A stretch of DNA of 32,065 bases from Planctomycetota bacterium (lineage in GTDB: Bacteria > Planctomycetota > SZUA-567 > H5-PLA8): the NCBI GenBank assembly GCA_045863855.1, contig BTVV01000068.1:1-32065 (forward strand), read 5' to 3'. A program made the position numbers and the translations under genes. Below, piece after piece: positions 1 through 8,747 of this stretch. Under the pieces are notes generated by a model, which was not told the DNA's origin, did no database searches, and saw only the letters and a program-made list of their open reading frames with translations. Positions within the stretch are counted from its first letter, which is position 1. Each line of letters begins with the position of its first letter.

Positions 1-2
1 CG

Positions 3-383
3 CATCCGGGCGTCGTGAAGATCCGCGAGGCCTTCAAGCGCGCCACGCACATCCTGATGGCCGTGCCGATCTATAACGGCGACGTGAACTCGGCCGCGCG
101 GAACCTCGCCAATCTGGGCTGCAAGTTTTACCGCAAGACCGTGGGCTTCCTGTGCGCATCGGGCGGCGAAAAATCGTTCATGGCCGTCTACGCCTTCGCG
201 AACTCGCTGATGTGGGAGTTCTCGGTCTGGATCGCGCCCGACTATGTCTTCGCCACCGGCTCCGACTTCGCCGGCGATACCGTCTCCAACCCCGACCTGC
301 GCGCGCGCATCGGGAAGCTGAACGAACAGGTCTTGACCCGCGGCGGCGCGGTTCGCTCGAACCCCCAACCGGCCGCGGCATAA
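3..383 (+). CDS. NAD(P)H-dependent FMN reductase (flavodoxin-like fold), 5'-partial
   Basis: Frame is open from the window edge. Motifs 'AVPIYNG..NSAARN', 'KTVGFLCASGG' and 'DYVFATGSDF' resemble the FMN_red family. Confidence 0.75.
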   Translation, partial: HPGVVKIREAFKRATHILMAVPIYNGDVNSAARNLANLGCKFYRKTVGFLCASGGEKSFMAVYAFANSLMWEFSVWIAPDYVFATGSDFAGDTVSNPDLRARIGKLNEQVLTRGGAVRSNPQPAAA

Positions 384-410
384 GGCACGCCCCATAGAGG
401 AGGAGTTGCC

Positions 411-821
411 ATGCGCTGCTACCTCGAACACGCCAACCTGACGGTGAAGAGCATCGACGAGACCGTCCGCTTCCTGACCGCGGCCTTCCCGCACTTCAAG
501 GTGCGCGGCGGCGGGGTGCACCTGGGCCGGCGCTGGATTCACATCGGCACGCCCGAGCATTATCTGGCGCTCAACGAAGTCACCGGCCCGCACCGCGGCG
601 AACCGTACGATTCCGCGGGCTTCAATCACCTGGGCTTCGTCGTCGACGACGCCGAAAGCGTGAAGGCGCGGCTCTTGCAGGCCGGTTTCCGCGAAGGGTT
701 CAAACCCGAACCGCATCCGCACCGCCAGCGCGTCTACTTTCACGACCCCGACGGCGTCGAGTGGGAATTCGTCCAGTATTTCTCCGAGGAACCGGCGCTG
801 CGCAACGACTACACGCTATAA
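411..821 (+). CDS. VOC (glyoxalase/bleomycin-resistance) family protein
   Basis: Strong RBS GAGGAGGAG before the ATG. Metal-ligand pattern 'LEHANLTV', 'ALNE', 'FNHLGFVV', 'YFHDPDGVEWE'. Confidence 0.9.
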   Translation: MRCYLEHANLTVKSIDETVRFLTAAFPHFKVRGGGVHLGRRWIHIGTPEHYLALNEVTGPHRGEPYDSAGFNHLGFVVDDAESVKARLLQAGFREGFKPEPHPHRQRVYFHDPDGVEWEFVQYFSEEPALRNDYTL

Positions 822-832
822 ACGATCCGGCA

Positions 833-868
833 GGAGCGCGGAATTCCCCGCGCTCCAAGTCCGCGCTC
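833..868. repeat. GC-rich inverted repeat, REP-like, with a duplicated right arm
   Basis: GGAGCGCGG (833-841) pairs with CCGCGCTCC (848-856). GAGCGCGGA (834-842) also pairs with TCCGCGCTC (860-868). No U-tract follows. Confidence 0.5.
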
Positions 869-908
869 TATGCACGCTTCAAAAAATCGGCACCAGGAGA
901 TTATCGCC

Positions 909-2705
909 GTGTCCACGCAACCCGCCAACGCTCGCCAACCTGCATCGGCGCACGATCTAATCCGCGTCTCCACGCTGGAGGAACTCAAGAGCGCCGGCGT
1001 GAAAGTCGTGCAGGGGCTCGACCGGCCGGTGGCCGTCTACTGCCACGACGGCGAGGTCTCGGCCGTGGACAACCGCTGCCCGCACCTGGGTTTCCCGCTC
1101 AGCCGCGGCAGCGTCAAAGACGGTATCCTCACCTGCCATTGGCACCAAGCGCGCTTCGATCTGTGCAGCGGCTGCACCTTCGACCTCTGGGCCGACGACG
1201 TCCCGCGCTACCGGTCGATCGTCCGCGACGGCGACGTGTACGTTTCCGCCGAACCCGAACACCGCGAAGACACGGCGCATCACCTGCGGCGTCTGGAAAA
1301 GGGCCTGCAGCAGAATATCTCGCTGATCCAGGGCAAGAGCCTGCTGGGCCTCCTGCGCCACGGCATGGGCGCGACGGAAATCCTGCGCGAGATCACGCGC
1401 TTCGCCTGCCGCTTCGAGAACCGCACGGGGCTGGTCGAACTGGCCATCGCCGGGCGCCTCTTCCCGGTATTGAACGAAGAGACGGCCTACTTCGCGCTGC
1501 TGCGCGCGGCGCGCGTGGTCGCGACCTCGGCCAACGGACCGATCCAGACGCTGCGCGAGCCGCTCGAAGGCGCGGACTATTCCTACGCGACGCTCAAGAA
1601 CTGGATGCGGCAGTGGTCGCGCGCCCGGCATCGCGACGGCGCCGAACGCGTCGTGCGCACTGCCATCCGCCAAAGCTGCACCCCCGCGCAGCTCACCGAC
1701 CTCCTCGTCGGCGTCGAGACCGACCGCATCTACAGCGCGCAAGGCCACACGCTCGACGCGATCAACAAACATTTCGAACTGCTGGACCTGATCGGTTGGG
1801 AACACGCCGGCGAAGTCCTCCCGCTCCTCGCGCGAACGATCGTGCAATCGCGCGGAGCCGAGGAAGAAGCCGAATGGTACCACCCCATCGAACTGATCCC
1901 GCCGCTGCGCGCGCTGGAGCGCGAATTGCCCGGGCTGCTGGCCGCTCCACGAGCGTCGGACTGGCAAGCGCCCGCGGACATCACGGCGACGCTCCTGGGC
2001 GAAGATCCGCTGCGGCTCTTGAATGCGCTCAAGGACGCCCTGAAGGCCGGCGCTCCGCCCGCCGAACTGGCCAAGCAAGTCTGCTACGCCGCGGCCCTGC
2101 GCCTCGCGCGCTTCAGCGCCAACAACGAGGTCGGCGACTGGTTCAATCCGCAGCACACCTTCAACTACGCCAACGCGGTGCATCAGACGATCAAGCGCGC
2201 GCCGACGCCTGACGTCGTGCGCGGACTCTTCCACGCCGCGCTGGCCGTATACCACGACCGCTTCTTGAACGTCCCCGCGGCCGCGTTGCCCGGCGAGCGC
2301 CACGACGGACTCGACCAACTCCCCAGCGACGCCGACGCGTTGCGCAAGGGGTTCCTCGAATCGCTCGACCAGCGCGCCAACGTCAACGCCGCGGCCCGCT
2401 ACGCCGCCCGCTACGTACGGCTTGGGCATCCGCTGGAAGCTCTTTTCGATACCTTGGCGCTGGCCACCGTCCGCGAGAACCTCGACTTTCATACGCTCCA
2501 GGTGCTGGAAGACGGTTTCACGCAGTGCCGCGAGTGGGGCGGCAGCGGCCCGCAAGTGGAGCATATCCTGGTCGGAGTGGTCCGCGATCTGGCCGCCTTC
2601 TGTCCGACGGCCCGCGCGCCGCATCACACGGCCACGATCGCCTTGCGCCTCTATCGCGGCGAGAAGTTGTACGAGGACGAGGCCGAGCACCACGCCGCCG
2701 ACTGA
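909..2705 (+). CDS. Rieske [2Fe-2S] domain protein with a large C-terminal helical-repeat region
   Basis: Rieske ligands C-P-H...C-H-W-H ('NRCPHLGFPL...LTCHWHQARFD'). GTG start at 909 chosen because AGGAG lies at 895-899; the ORF extends to ATG 870. Confidence 0.88.
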   Translation: MSTQPANARQPASAHDLIRVSTLEELKSAGVKVVQGLDRPVAVYCHDGEVSAVDNRCPHLGFPLSRGSVKDGILTCHWHQARFDLCSGCTFDLWADDVPRYRSIVRDGDVYVSAEPEHREDTAHHLRRLEKGLQQNISLIQGKSLLGLLRHGMGATEILREITRFACRFENRTGLVELAIAGRLFPVLNEETAYFALLRAARVVATSANGPIQTLREPLEGADYSYATLKNWMRQWSRARHRDGAERVVRTAIRQSCTPAQLTDLLVGVETDRIYSAQGHTLDAINKHFELLDLIGWEHAGEVLPLLARTIVQSRGAEEEAEWYHPIELIPPLRALERELPGLLAAPRASDWQAPADITATLLGEDPLRLLNALKDALKAGAPPAELAKQVCYAAALRLARFSANNEVGDWFNPQHTFNYANAVHQTIKRAPTPDVVRGLFHAALAVYHDRFLNVPAAALPGERHDGLDQLPSDADALRKGFLESLDQRANVNAAARYAARYVRLGHPLEALFDTLALATVRENLDFHTLQVLEDGFTQCREWGGSGPQVEHILVGVVRDLAAFCPTARAPHHTATIALRLYRGEKLYEDEAEHHAAD

Positions 2706-2737
2706 GCGCGCGAAAGAGGCAAAGATAGGAAACGCCC

Positions 2738-3043
2738 ATGCACTATCGCGTCAAAGCCAAACCCATCGGCGCCCGGGCGGCGGAGTTTATGCGCATCCTT
2801 CACGACGGAACCGTCGCGCGGCAGCGCCCCGACGGCGAAGAAATCGTGGCCAGCATGGAGCGCGCCGTCCTGGCCGCAGACGGCTTCGCGTATTGGACGG
2901 AGACGTGCTACTGCGCCACGCCGCTGGCGCACGAACGCGAGACGATTTACGACCGCTTCTTCGAAGCCTTCGACGCCGCGCCATTCGACGGGGAACTGGA
3001 CGTGCAGGGCCGACCATTGCTGGAAGCGCTGGCTCAGGCGTAA
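2738..3043 (+). CDS. Small hypothetical protein with a W-x-E-x-C-Y-C-x-x-P-L-x-H-E-R motif
   Basis: 101 aa ORF with AGGA upstream, typical codon bias, 32 bp after the Rieske gene. Confidence 0.8.
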   Translation: MHYRVKAKPIGARAAEFMRILHDGTVARQRPDGEEIVASMERAVLAADGFAYWTETCYCATPLAHERETIYDRFFEAFDAAPFDGELDVQGRPLLEALAQA

Positions 3044-3786
3044 TACGACCAGAGCGCGAGCAGCCAACGGCACGTGCCCAGTGCGACCACGAAGCCGCCG
3101 GCCAAGAGAAGCACCAGCAGCATCGAGATCGCCAGCGCCGCGCCGCTGATCCATTCCGGCGCCTCGGCCACAAGGCGATTCTCCGCGTTGGAACGCAGGC
3201 CGACCCAGGACGTATCCCCGGGTTCTTTGCACGCGCTGAAGACCACCACATCGTTTTGAATCAGAAACACGTAGCTGGCCGTACCTCTCGGACCGGGAAC
3301 CTCGTAAGCCCGCACGCGGTCGCCTTTGACGCGATAGTCGTTTAGGCGCTCGATCTGGTTTTTAAACTTCGCCGCATCGACCGTTCGCGCGCCGCGCATC
3401 ACCAGTTCGACGGAATCGATGGAAAGCGCATAGTAGGTTTTCCGGTTCGCGTACCAGTTCGCCACGGCTTCGGCATAATCGTCGGGTTGAGCTTCGGCCA
3501 GCCGCAGATTTTTCGATTGTTCGAACCGCCGCACCTCTTCCCGCGTCTGCGCGTCGCCGCTCCGGATCTGCTGGTCGCGCACCATCTGCCCCGCGAACTC
3601 CAGTGCGAGGTGTCCCAACAAACCGGCCACGGCGGCCAGGAGCACCACGCCCAAGTAAAAGCGCAGGGAAAAGTGGAAGAACGCGAGCAGCCGCGGCCGT
3701 TCGCGCGGCGTGGCGGCCGCGCGGATCGCCACGCCCTCCAAGTGCTCCACGCCCATCGTTCGCCGCTCCGTCGTCGTGGGATTCAT
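3034..3786 (-). CDS. Hypothetical membrane protein (TM, extracytoplasmic domain, TM)
   Basis: Two hydrophobic segments ('FYLGVVLLAAVAGLLG', 'ALAISMLLVLLLAGGFVVAL') flank a soluble domain of about 140 aa. Alternative start at 3756. Confidence 0.7.
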   Translation of the reverse strand: MNPTTTERRTMGVEHLEGVAIRAAATPRERPRLLAFFHFSLRFYLGVVLLAAVAGLLGHLALEFAGQMVRDQQIRSGDAQTREEVRRFEQSKNLRLAEAQPDDYAEAVANWYANRKTYYALSIDSVELVMRGARTVDAAKFKNQIERLNDYRVKGDRVRAYEVPGPRGTASYVFLIQNDVVVFSACKEPGDTSWVGLRSNAENRLVAEAPEWISGAALAISMLLVLLLAGGFVVALGTCRWLLALWSYYA

Positions 3787-3837
3787 CCCACGTTCTTAAG
3801 CGCGGTCGCTGAAGTCTTTTCGGTGCGCGTCGCGCAT

Positions 3838-3862
3838 AAAAAAACCCTGCCGAAGCAGGGTT
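3838..3862 (-). terminator. Rho-independent terminator after the Zn-ribbon membrane gene
   Basis: Minus strand AACCCTGC-TTCG-GCAGGGTT followed by a T run (7 T in total). Confidence 0.9.
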
Positions 3863-3887
3863 GGTAAGTAGTGGAAACGGCTCTTGG

Positions 3888-4271
3888 TTAGAACTCGAGG
3901 ATGAAGCGGTGCCGTGAGCCCAGGATCGCGAAGACCAAGCCCACCAGCAAGCCCACGATCGTCACCGCCGGGAAGCCGTTCACGTACCAGAAATCTTCCT
4001 GTGTGGGGTGCGGGAAGATCGAATACTGGTGCTCCTGCTTGAAGATCCAAAGGAAGAAGCAAAGGAACGCGAGCCCGAAGCTGACCAGCGCGATAATGTT
4101 GTTCAACTTCTGCTTCTTGATCGTCAGTTCGATCTCGTTGTACTCGCCTTCGGGCAGCGCCTTCATCGCGTGACCGCAAGCGGGGCACTTGATATCTTCC
4201 TGCCCCAAGTACAGCTCCGACCAATGCGTGGTCAGGCACTCGCTGCAGGTGGCTTTGACTCGAACGCCCAT
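3888..4271 (-). CDS. Zinc-ribbon membrane protein
   Basis: CSEC...CPACG at the N-terminus, two TM segments, GGAGG RBS, own terminator. Confidence 0.85.
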   Translation of the reverse strand: MGVRVKATCSECLTTHWSELYLGQEDIKCPACGHAMKALPEGEYNEIELTIKKQKLNNIIALVSFGLAFLCFFLWIFKQEHQYSIFPHPTQEDFWYVNGFPAVTIVGLLVGLVFAILGSRHRFILEF

Positions 4272-4379
4272 GGCATGGCCTCCCGTGCGTAACGCCGGTG
4301 CTTCCTTAAGTTATGGCAATTCCAGGCAGGCGCGTAGGATAGCTCTTGTCACCAAGGCTGACAAGAGGGCTTTTCGCGA

Positions 4380-6182
4380 CTACAACGCCTCTTTTAGCCA
4401 CGCCTGGAACTTCTTTTCGAGATCGGAGATAGACGCGCTGCCGGTCAGTTCGAGCAGCTCGGCCTCCACCCCGCCTTCACGATGTGCGTTGGTGATCAGG
4501 CGCAGTGCCTTATCCCAGCCGTAGCGCTCCGTCACGTAGCGGACCAACGCATAGCCCTCGGCGTAGAAGAAATCCGGATCGCCGGGGTACTCCTTAAGTT
4601 GCAGCAGTTCCTCGAGCGGAATGTAGCTCTGGCTTTGCAGCCTCGAGCGCAGAAAACCCAAGTAATAGCGGTGCCGGTACTCGGGCTCCATCGTCACCGA
4701 AAAGCCTTCGTGGATCGCCACCGGCAGCAGGTCGAAGCTCTTGAGATTCGAGTTGACGATCAGGTGCATCAGTTCGTGCGGCAGCACCGACTTGAGCAGT
4801 CGCGGCGACGCCTGCCACGAATGAATCTGCATGCGCACGATCGCGCCGTCGTGCTGGTGGGCGAAGCGCGCGATTCCGCCGGTCCATTCGGGCTTCTGGG
4901 TCGCGGCCATGTACTCTTCTTTGCTGCGGTGCAGGAATACCTTGGGCTTCTGGGTCCAGTCGGCCTTTAGTCCGGTCAATTCGGCGATGCGGTTGCGGTG
5001 ATGTTCCAATACTTCGGCGGTCGCTTCGGCCAGTACGTCGTTGTGATGGTGGATCGAGAAATGCGCGCTCTCCAGAGTCTTGAAATCGCCGGCCGCGGCT
5101 TGCGTGTAGCCGGCCAAATCGTGCGCATCGATGTCGAAGCGGATGCTCGCGCCGCCGTCGGGAATACCCAGCTTCTTCTCGAGATCCGCGCGCAACTGAG
5201 CGGCGCCTTCGGCGCTTGAAACGGTCGTCTTGACGCGCAGGGCTTTGGCGAAGCTCTGAGCCGCCGCTTTGAAATCTCGCGTGACTTGCTCCAGCCTGCC
5301 TGAGATGTACAGCGCGTGCGGATTGGCCGGCGCAAAGGCCAGAATCCGGTCCAGCCCCGCGCGGGCGGCCGGTATCTCGCCGGACGAAAACTGCGCCAGC
5401 ACCACCGAAAGCGCCGAAGCCGCGTAGAGGTTCTCCAGCTTGTTGGCCAGCGTCGCGTCGTGAACGAAGGCCTGCTCCAGTTCGCGCGTCGCGCCGGCGT
5501 AATCGTTCTTGAGATACAGTCCGCGCGCGCGCGCGCCATGAGCGGCGCCCAGAAGCGGCCCCACCGTCTCGGCGGCGTCGGGCGAATACGCCTGCGCCTG
5601 CCGCAGCGCTTCGATTGCGCCGTCCCAGTCTTCCTGCAGCAGCGCTTTGTGTCCGGCTTTGACCAGTTCGTCCAGCCGCGCCAGTTCGGCGGCGAGTGCG
5701 TTAAGTGCCGCCTCGGCCGCCGCATCGCCCGGCTGCAGTTGCAGCAGCCTCTGGTACGCTTTGCGCGCCTCCTCCAGCCGCCGGCACTTGTGCAAGTGAA
5801 CGGCGTGCGAGCGCACCGCGTTGATCAACGCCGCCTGCGCCACTCGATTGTCCGGCTTCGCCTGCACCGCCTCCTCGAAGGCCGCCACCGCCTCGACGTA
5901 ACGCTGCCGCTGCAAAAGCGACTGTCCGACATCCAGACCGTATTCCTGAGCCGACTGGCGCTCGACGTACTCGATCTGATCCTTGCGCAGCTTTACTTCG
6001 CCATAGGGCACACGCAGAATCAGGTACTCCTTATCTTCCTTGACGACTTCGCCCTGCAGCACCCGCCCGTTCTTGAGATGCACCAGATCCGCCCGCGCCG
6101 CGCCGCCGGCGAGGCTCAGGCACAGCAGGCCCAGCAAGATAAGCGGCAGGCGATGAGCGATGGGGGTTGACGTGGCGGGCAC
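4380..6182 (-). CDS. Secreted TPR-repeat protein with a C-terminal peptidase MA-like (gluzincin) domain
   Basis: Signal peptide ending in ARA-D, then 'DLVHLKNGRVLQG' small beta domain, TPR-like repeats, and HELMH (HExxH) with downstream 'HEGFS'. Confidence 0.82.
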   Translation of the reverse strand: MPATSTPIAHRLPLILLGLLCLSLAGGAARADLVHLKNGRVLQGEVVKEDKEYLILRVPYGEVKLRKDQIEYVERQSAQEYGLDVGQSLLQRQRYVEAVAAFEEAVQAKPDNRVAQAALINAVRSHAVHLHKCRRLEEARKAYQRLLQLQPGDAAAEAALNALAAELARLDELVKAGHKALLQEDWDGAIEALRQAQAYSPDAAETVGPLLGAAHGARARGLYLKNDYAGATRELEQAFVHDATLANKLENLYAASALSVVLAQFSSGEIPAARAGLDRILAFAPANPHALYISGRLEQVTRDFKAAAQSFAKALRVKTTVSSAEGAAQLRADLEKKLGIPDGGASIRFDIDAHDLAGYTQAAAGDFKTLESAHFSIHHHNDVLAEATAEVLEHHRNRIAELTGLKADWTQKPKVFLHRSKEEYMAATQKPEWTGGIARFAHQHDGAIVRMQIHSWQASPRLLKSVLPHELMHLIVNSNLKSFDLLPVAIHEGFSVTMEPEYRHRYYLGFLRSRLQSQSYIPLEELLQLKEYPGDPDFFYAEGYALVRYVTERYGWDKALRLITNAHREGGVEAELLELTGSASISDLEKKFQAWLKEAL

Positions 6183-6386
6183 TGAATGGTGGCTCCGGAG
6201 GCGTATGTAGCAGCCTAACCTCGGACGACGCTATAGTATGTGCATTCGAGTGGTGCGCACGCCAGGATTTCCTATTATTGATGCACCAGTGAAACGGCCG
6301 GCCGGACACCGATTGAGCGGATTTGGGCTCAATAATGCTGCGCGCGTGCGTCTGGTCTGAGTCGGCGGCGCGGGGAGTGCCTGGGC

Positions 6387-8741
6387 ATGTTCGATGGTTT
6401 GAATGCGATGCGGCGGCTGGCGCCGGCGGCGATCCTGCCCTTGGCGGCGCTCGTCCTGCTCGCGCTGGAACCGGAGGCCGCGCCCCAACCTCGTCAGGAC
6501 CGCCTCCCGCCGCGCCATCCGGCCGGCGAAGCCGGCGTCGCCGCGCCCGAAGGCGAGGTCGTCTGGCTGCAAGACGAGGCCGCTTGGAAGGCCGCCGCGC
6601 CGAAGACCTTCCGCCTGCTTTACATTCGTTCGCCGCGGGATTTCGGCTGCGAACTGCTGGAGCGGATCGCCTTCGCGGATCCCGAATTGCTGGCTTACTT
6701 GAAGGAGCATGCGGCGGCGCGGTACGTGGACCTCGTCGAGCAGCCTGAGACGGCGCGGCGCTTCGGCGTTAGCGAGATTCCGGCGCTGGTGGTGCTGGAT
6801 CCCGAGGGCGGCCTAGGCGGCGTACTGCAAGGCTACCGTCCGCCCATGCGGCTAAAGGACGATCTGCAGAAGCTGGCCGCGCAAGCCCAAGCTCGCGTTC
6901 GGCGCGCGGCCGAACTCGACGCGCAACTGGCCGATCAAGCCGGCGCACCCGGCGAAACGCGCCTCGAGGCGCTCGACGCCGCGGCGGGCCTCGCGGCCGA
7001 GCGCATGCGCTTCGAGCGGGCCGCGGGATACCTGGAGCAACTTTTGGCCGCGCCGAAGGTCGAAGAAGCCCGCAGCGTCGCGACCTTGCGACTGCGGCTC
7101 GCGCAGGCGCTGGCCGAGGCCGGTCGCGGAGCGGACGCGGAGGCGCAATTCGCACTCGCCATGCAGGCCGACACGCTTTCCATTTACGGCGAAGCGATCG
7201 GTTACGCGCGCGCGCAAGCGGCGCTGAACGCGGGGGCGCTCGAAGCCTCCGCCGCGCGCTGGACGGAATTTCTCGCGAAGCACCCCAAGAGCGCGCGGCG
7301 CGGGCGGGCGCTCTACAACCGCGCATACTGTCTGCTGGGTTCGGGAAAGCCGGCCGAAGCCGCGCCGCCGCTGAAGGAACTGCTGGAAGCGCAGGACCTC
7401 GACGCCGAGACCTACGCCGCGGCGCGCGGCCTGCTGTACGCTTGGCGCGATGCCGATCCCGCGCTGGCGGCGCTGGCTGCCGAACGCGGCGAAGCCCAGG
7501 CGCTCGCCGACGCGCTGGCCGACGGTCGCGACTTGGCGCGCGAGTATTCGTGCCTCGATTGCCATAAAGAAATCGAGCCCGAACTGAAATCGGCGCACAC
7601 CACCTGCGTCGAATGCCACCTGCTGCTCAAACAGTTCGAGCGCGAGCCCGAGCGGCACGACCGGCTTTTGGAGCGGCACACGCATTTCTACCGCAACTGC
7701 GCACGCATCCGGCATACGCTGCGCGCCCCCAGCCTCGCTGCGGTGGGCGCGCGCGTGCAGGCCGGCTGGATCGCCGCCTTTCTCGAAAACCCGTACGACG
7801 TACGGCCGCATCTCGAAGAGAGCATGCCGCAGATGAACCTCAGCGCCGCCCAATCCGAAACGCTCACGCGCTACCTGCGCGCCATCGCCTCGGCCTCGGG
7901 ACACCGCCCGCCGGCCACGGACGAACCGACCGCGCCGGAGCACAATCCGGTCCTGGCCGCGAACGGCCGCGAACTGTTCGAACAATTCAAGTGCTACGCC
8001 TGCCACCAATACGGCAACGTACGCTTCGGCGACGATCAGGCGAGCTGGAACTGGGACGAAGGGCGCGCCGAAGCGCCGAACCTGCGCTTCGCCCGCAGCC
8101 GCCTCACCGCGCGCACCGCCGCCGACTGGATTCGCGATCCGCAGAAGGTCGATCCGAAGACGCGCATGCCCAAGTTCGAACTCGACGCGGCCCAGATCGA
8201 TGCGCTGGTCCAGTTCATTTTTCACGGCGATCCCGGCGACGCCGCCGCGCCGCGGGCCGAAGCGGCGAAGCCCCTCGAGCGCGCGCCGGCCTGGGAGGAA
8301 GTGAACCACGCGATCTTTCAGGACACCTGCGTGCACTGCCACATGAGCGACGCCGAAGGCGGCGCGGGCAACGTGGGCGCCTACGGGTACCGCGCGCGGC
8401 GGCTCGACCTGACCAGCTTTGCGGGCCTCAAGCGCGGCAGCCTGCAGCCCGACGGCACGCGCCTGGACATACTCAAGTCCGCCGCCGACGGCAGCCCCGC
8501 GCCGATCCTGGCGCGCGTGCAACTGCGCATCGAAGAGAATAAGCGCGACGGGATTAAGCCGTTCGAGGATCCGCTGACCGACCTCGAACAGCCGCGCGAT
8601 GGACGCGTCAAGCCCGGCATGCCGTACGGGCATCCGGCGCTGACGCCCGACCAGATCGCACTGCTGGAAGCGTGGCTCAAAGCCGGCGCGCCCGGCCCCA
8701 AGCCGCTGCCCCTGGGCGATCCGAAGCCCGAAACGCCCTGA
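6387..8741 (+). CDS. Secreted multidomain protein: thioredoxin-like fold, TPR repeats, four c-type heme motifs
   Basis: CxxCH at 7551 (CLDCH), 7605 (CVECH), 7992 (CYACH) and 8328 (CVHCH). 'MP' axial-Met motifs, TPR-like middle, signal peptide. Start may be ATG 6408. Confidence 0.88.
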   Translation: MFDGLNAMRRLAPAAILPLAALVLLALEPEAAPQPRQDRLPPRHPAGEAGVAAPEGEVVWLQDEAAWKAAAPKTFRLLYIRSPRDFGCELLERIAFADPELLAYLKEHAAARYVDLVEQPETARRFGVSEIPALVVLDPEGGLGGVLQGYRPPMRLKDDLQKLAAQAQARVRRAAELDAQLADQAGAPGETRLEALDAAAGLAAERMRFERAAGYLEQLLAAPKVEEARSVATLRLRLAQALAEAGRGADAEAQFALAMQADTLSIYGEAIGYARAQAALNAGALEASAARWTEFLAKHPKSARRGRALYNRAYCLLGSGKPAEAAPPLKELLEAQDLDAETYAAARGLLYAWRDADPALAALAAERGEAQALADALADGRDLAREYSCLDCHKEIEPELKSAHTTCVECHLLLKQFEREPERHDRLLERHTHFYRNCARIRHTLRAPSLAAVGARVQAGWIAAFLENPYDVRPHLEESMPQMNLSAAQSETLTRYLRAIASASGHRPPATDEPTAPEHNPVLAANGRELFEQFKCYACHQYGNVRFGDDQASWNWDEGRAEAPNLRFARSRLTARTAADWIRDPQKVDPKTRMPKFELDAAQIDALVQFIFHGDPGDAAAPRAEAAKPLERAPAWEEVNHAIFQDTCVHCHMSDAEGGAGNVGAYGYRARRLDLTSFAGLKRGSLQPDGTRLDILKSAADGSPAPILARVQLRIEENKRDGIKPFEDPLTDLEQPRDGRVKPGMPYGHPALTPDQIALLEAWLKAGAPGPKPLPLGDPKPETP

Positions 8742-8747
8742 ACGGCC

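Noticed and set aside
761..2693. Long alternative-frame and antisense ORFs over the Rieske gene (761..2212 +, 957..2693 -)
   Set aside because: These are shadow ORFs typical of high-GC DNA, with no motifs, overlapping a well-supported gene.
6852..8633. 593 aa antisense ORF over the cytochrome fusion; likewise 15148..17286, 18313..20097, 21412..23076 and 27431..29896
   Set aside because: Antisense shadows of strongly biased coding frames, with no recognisable domains.
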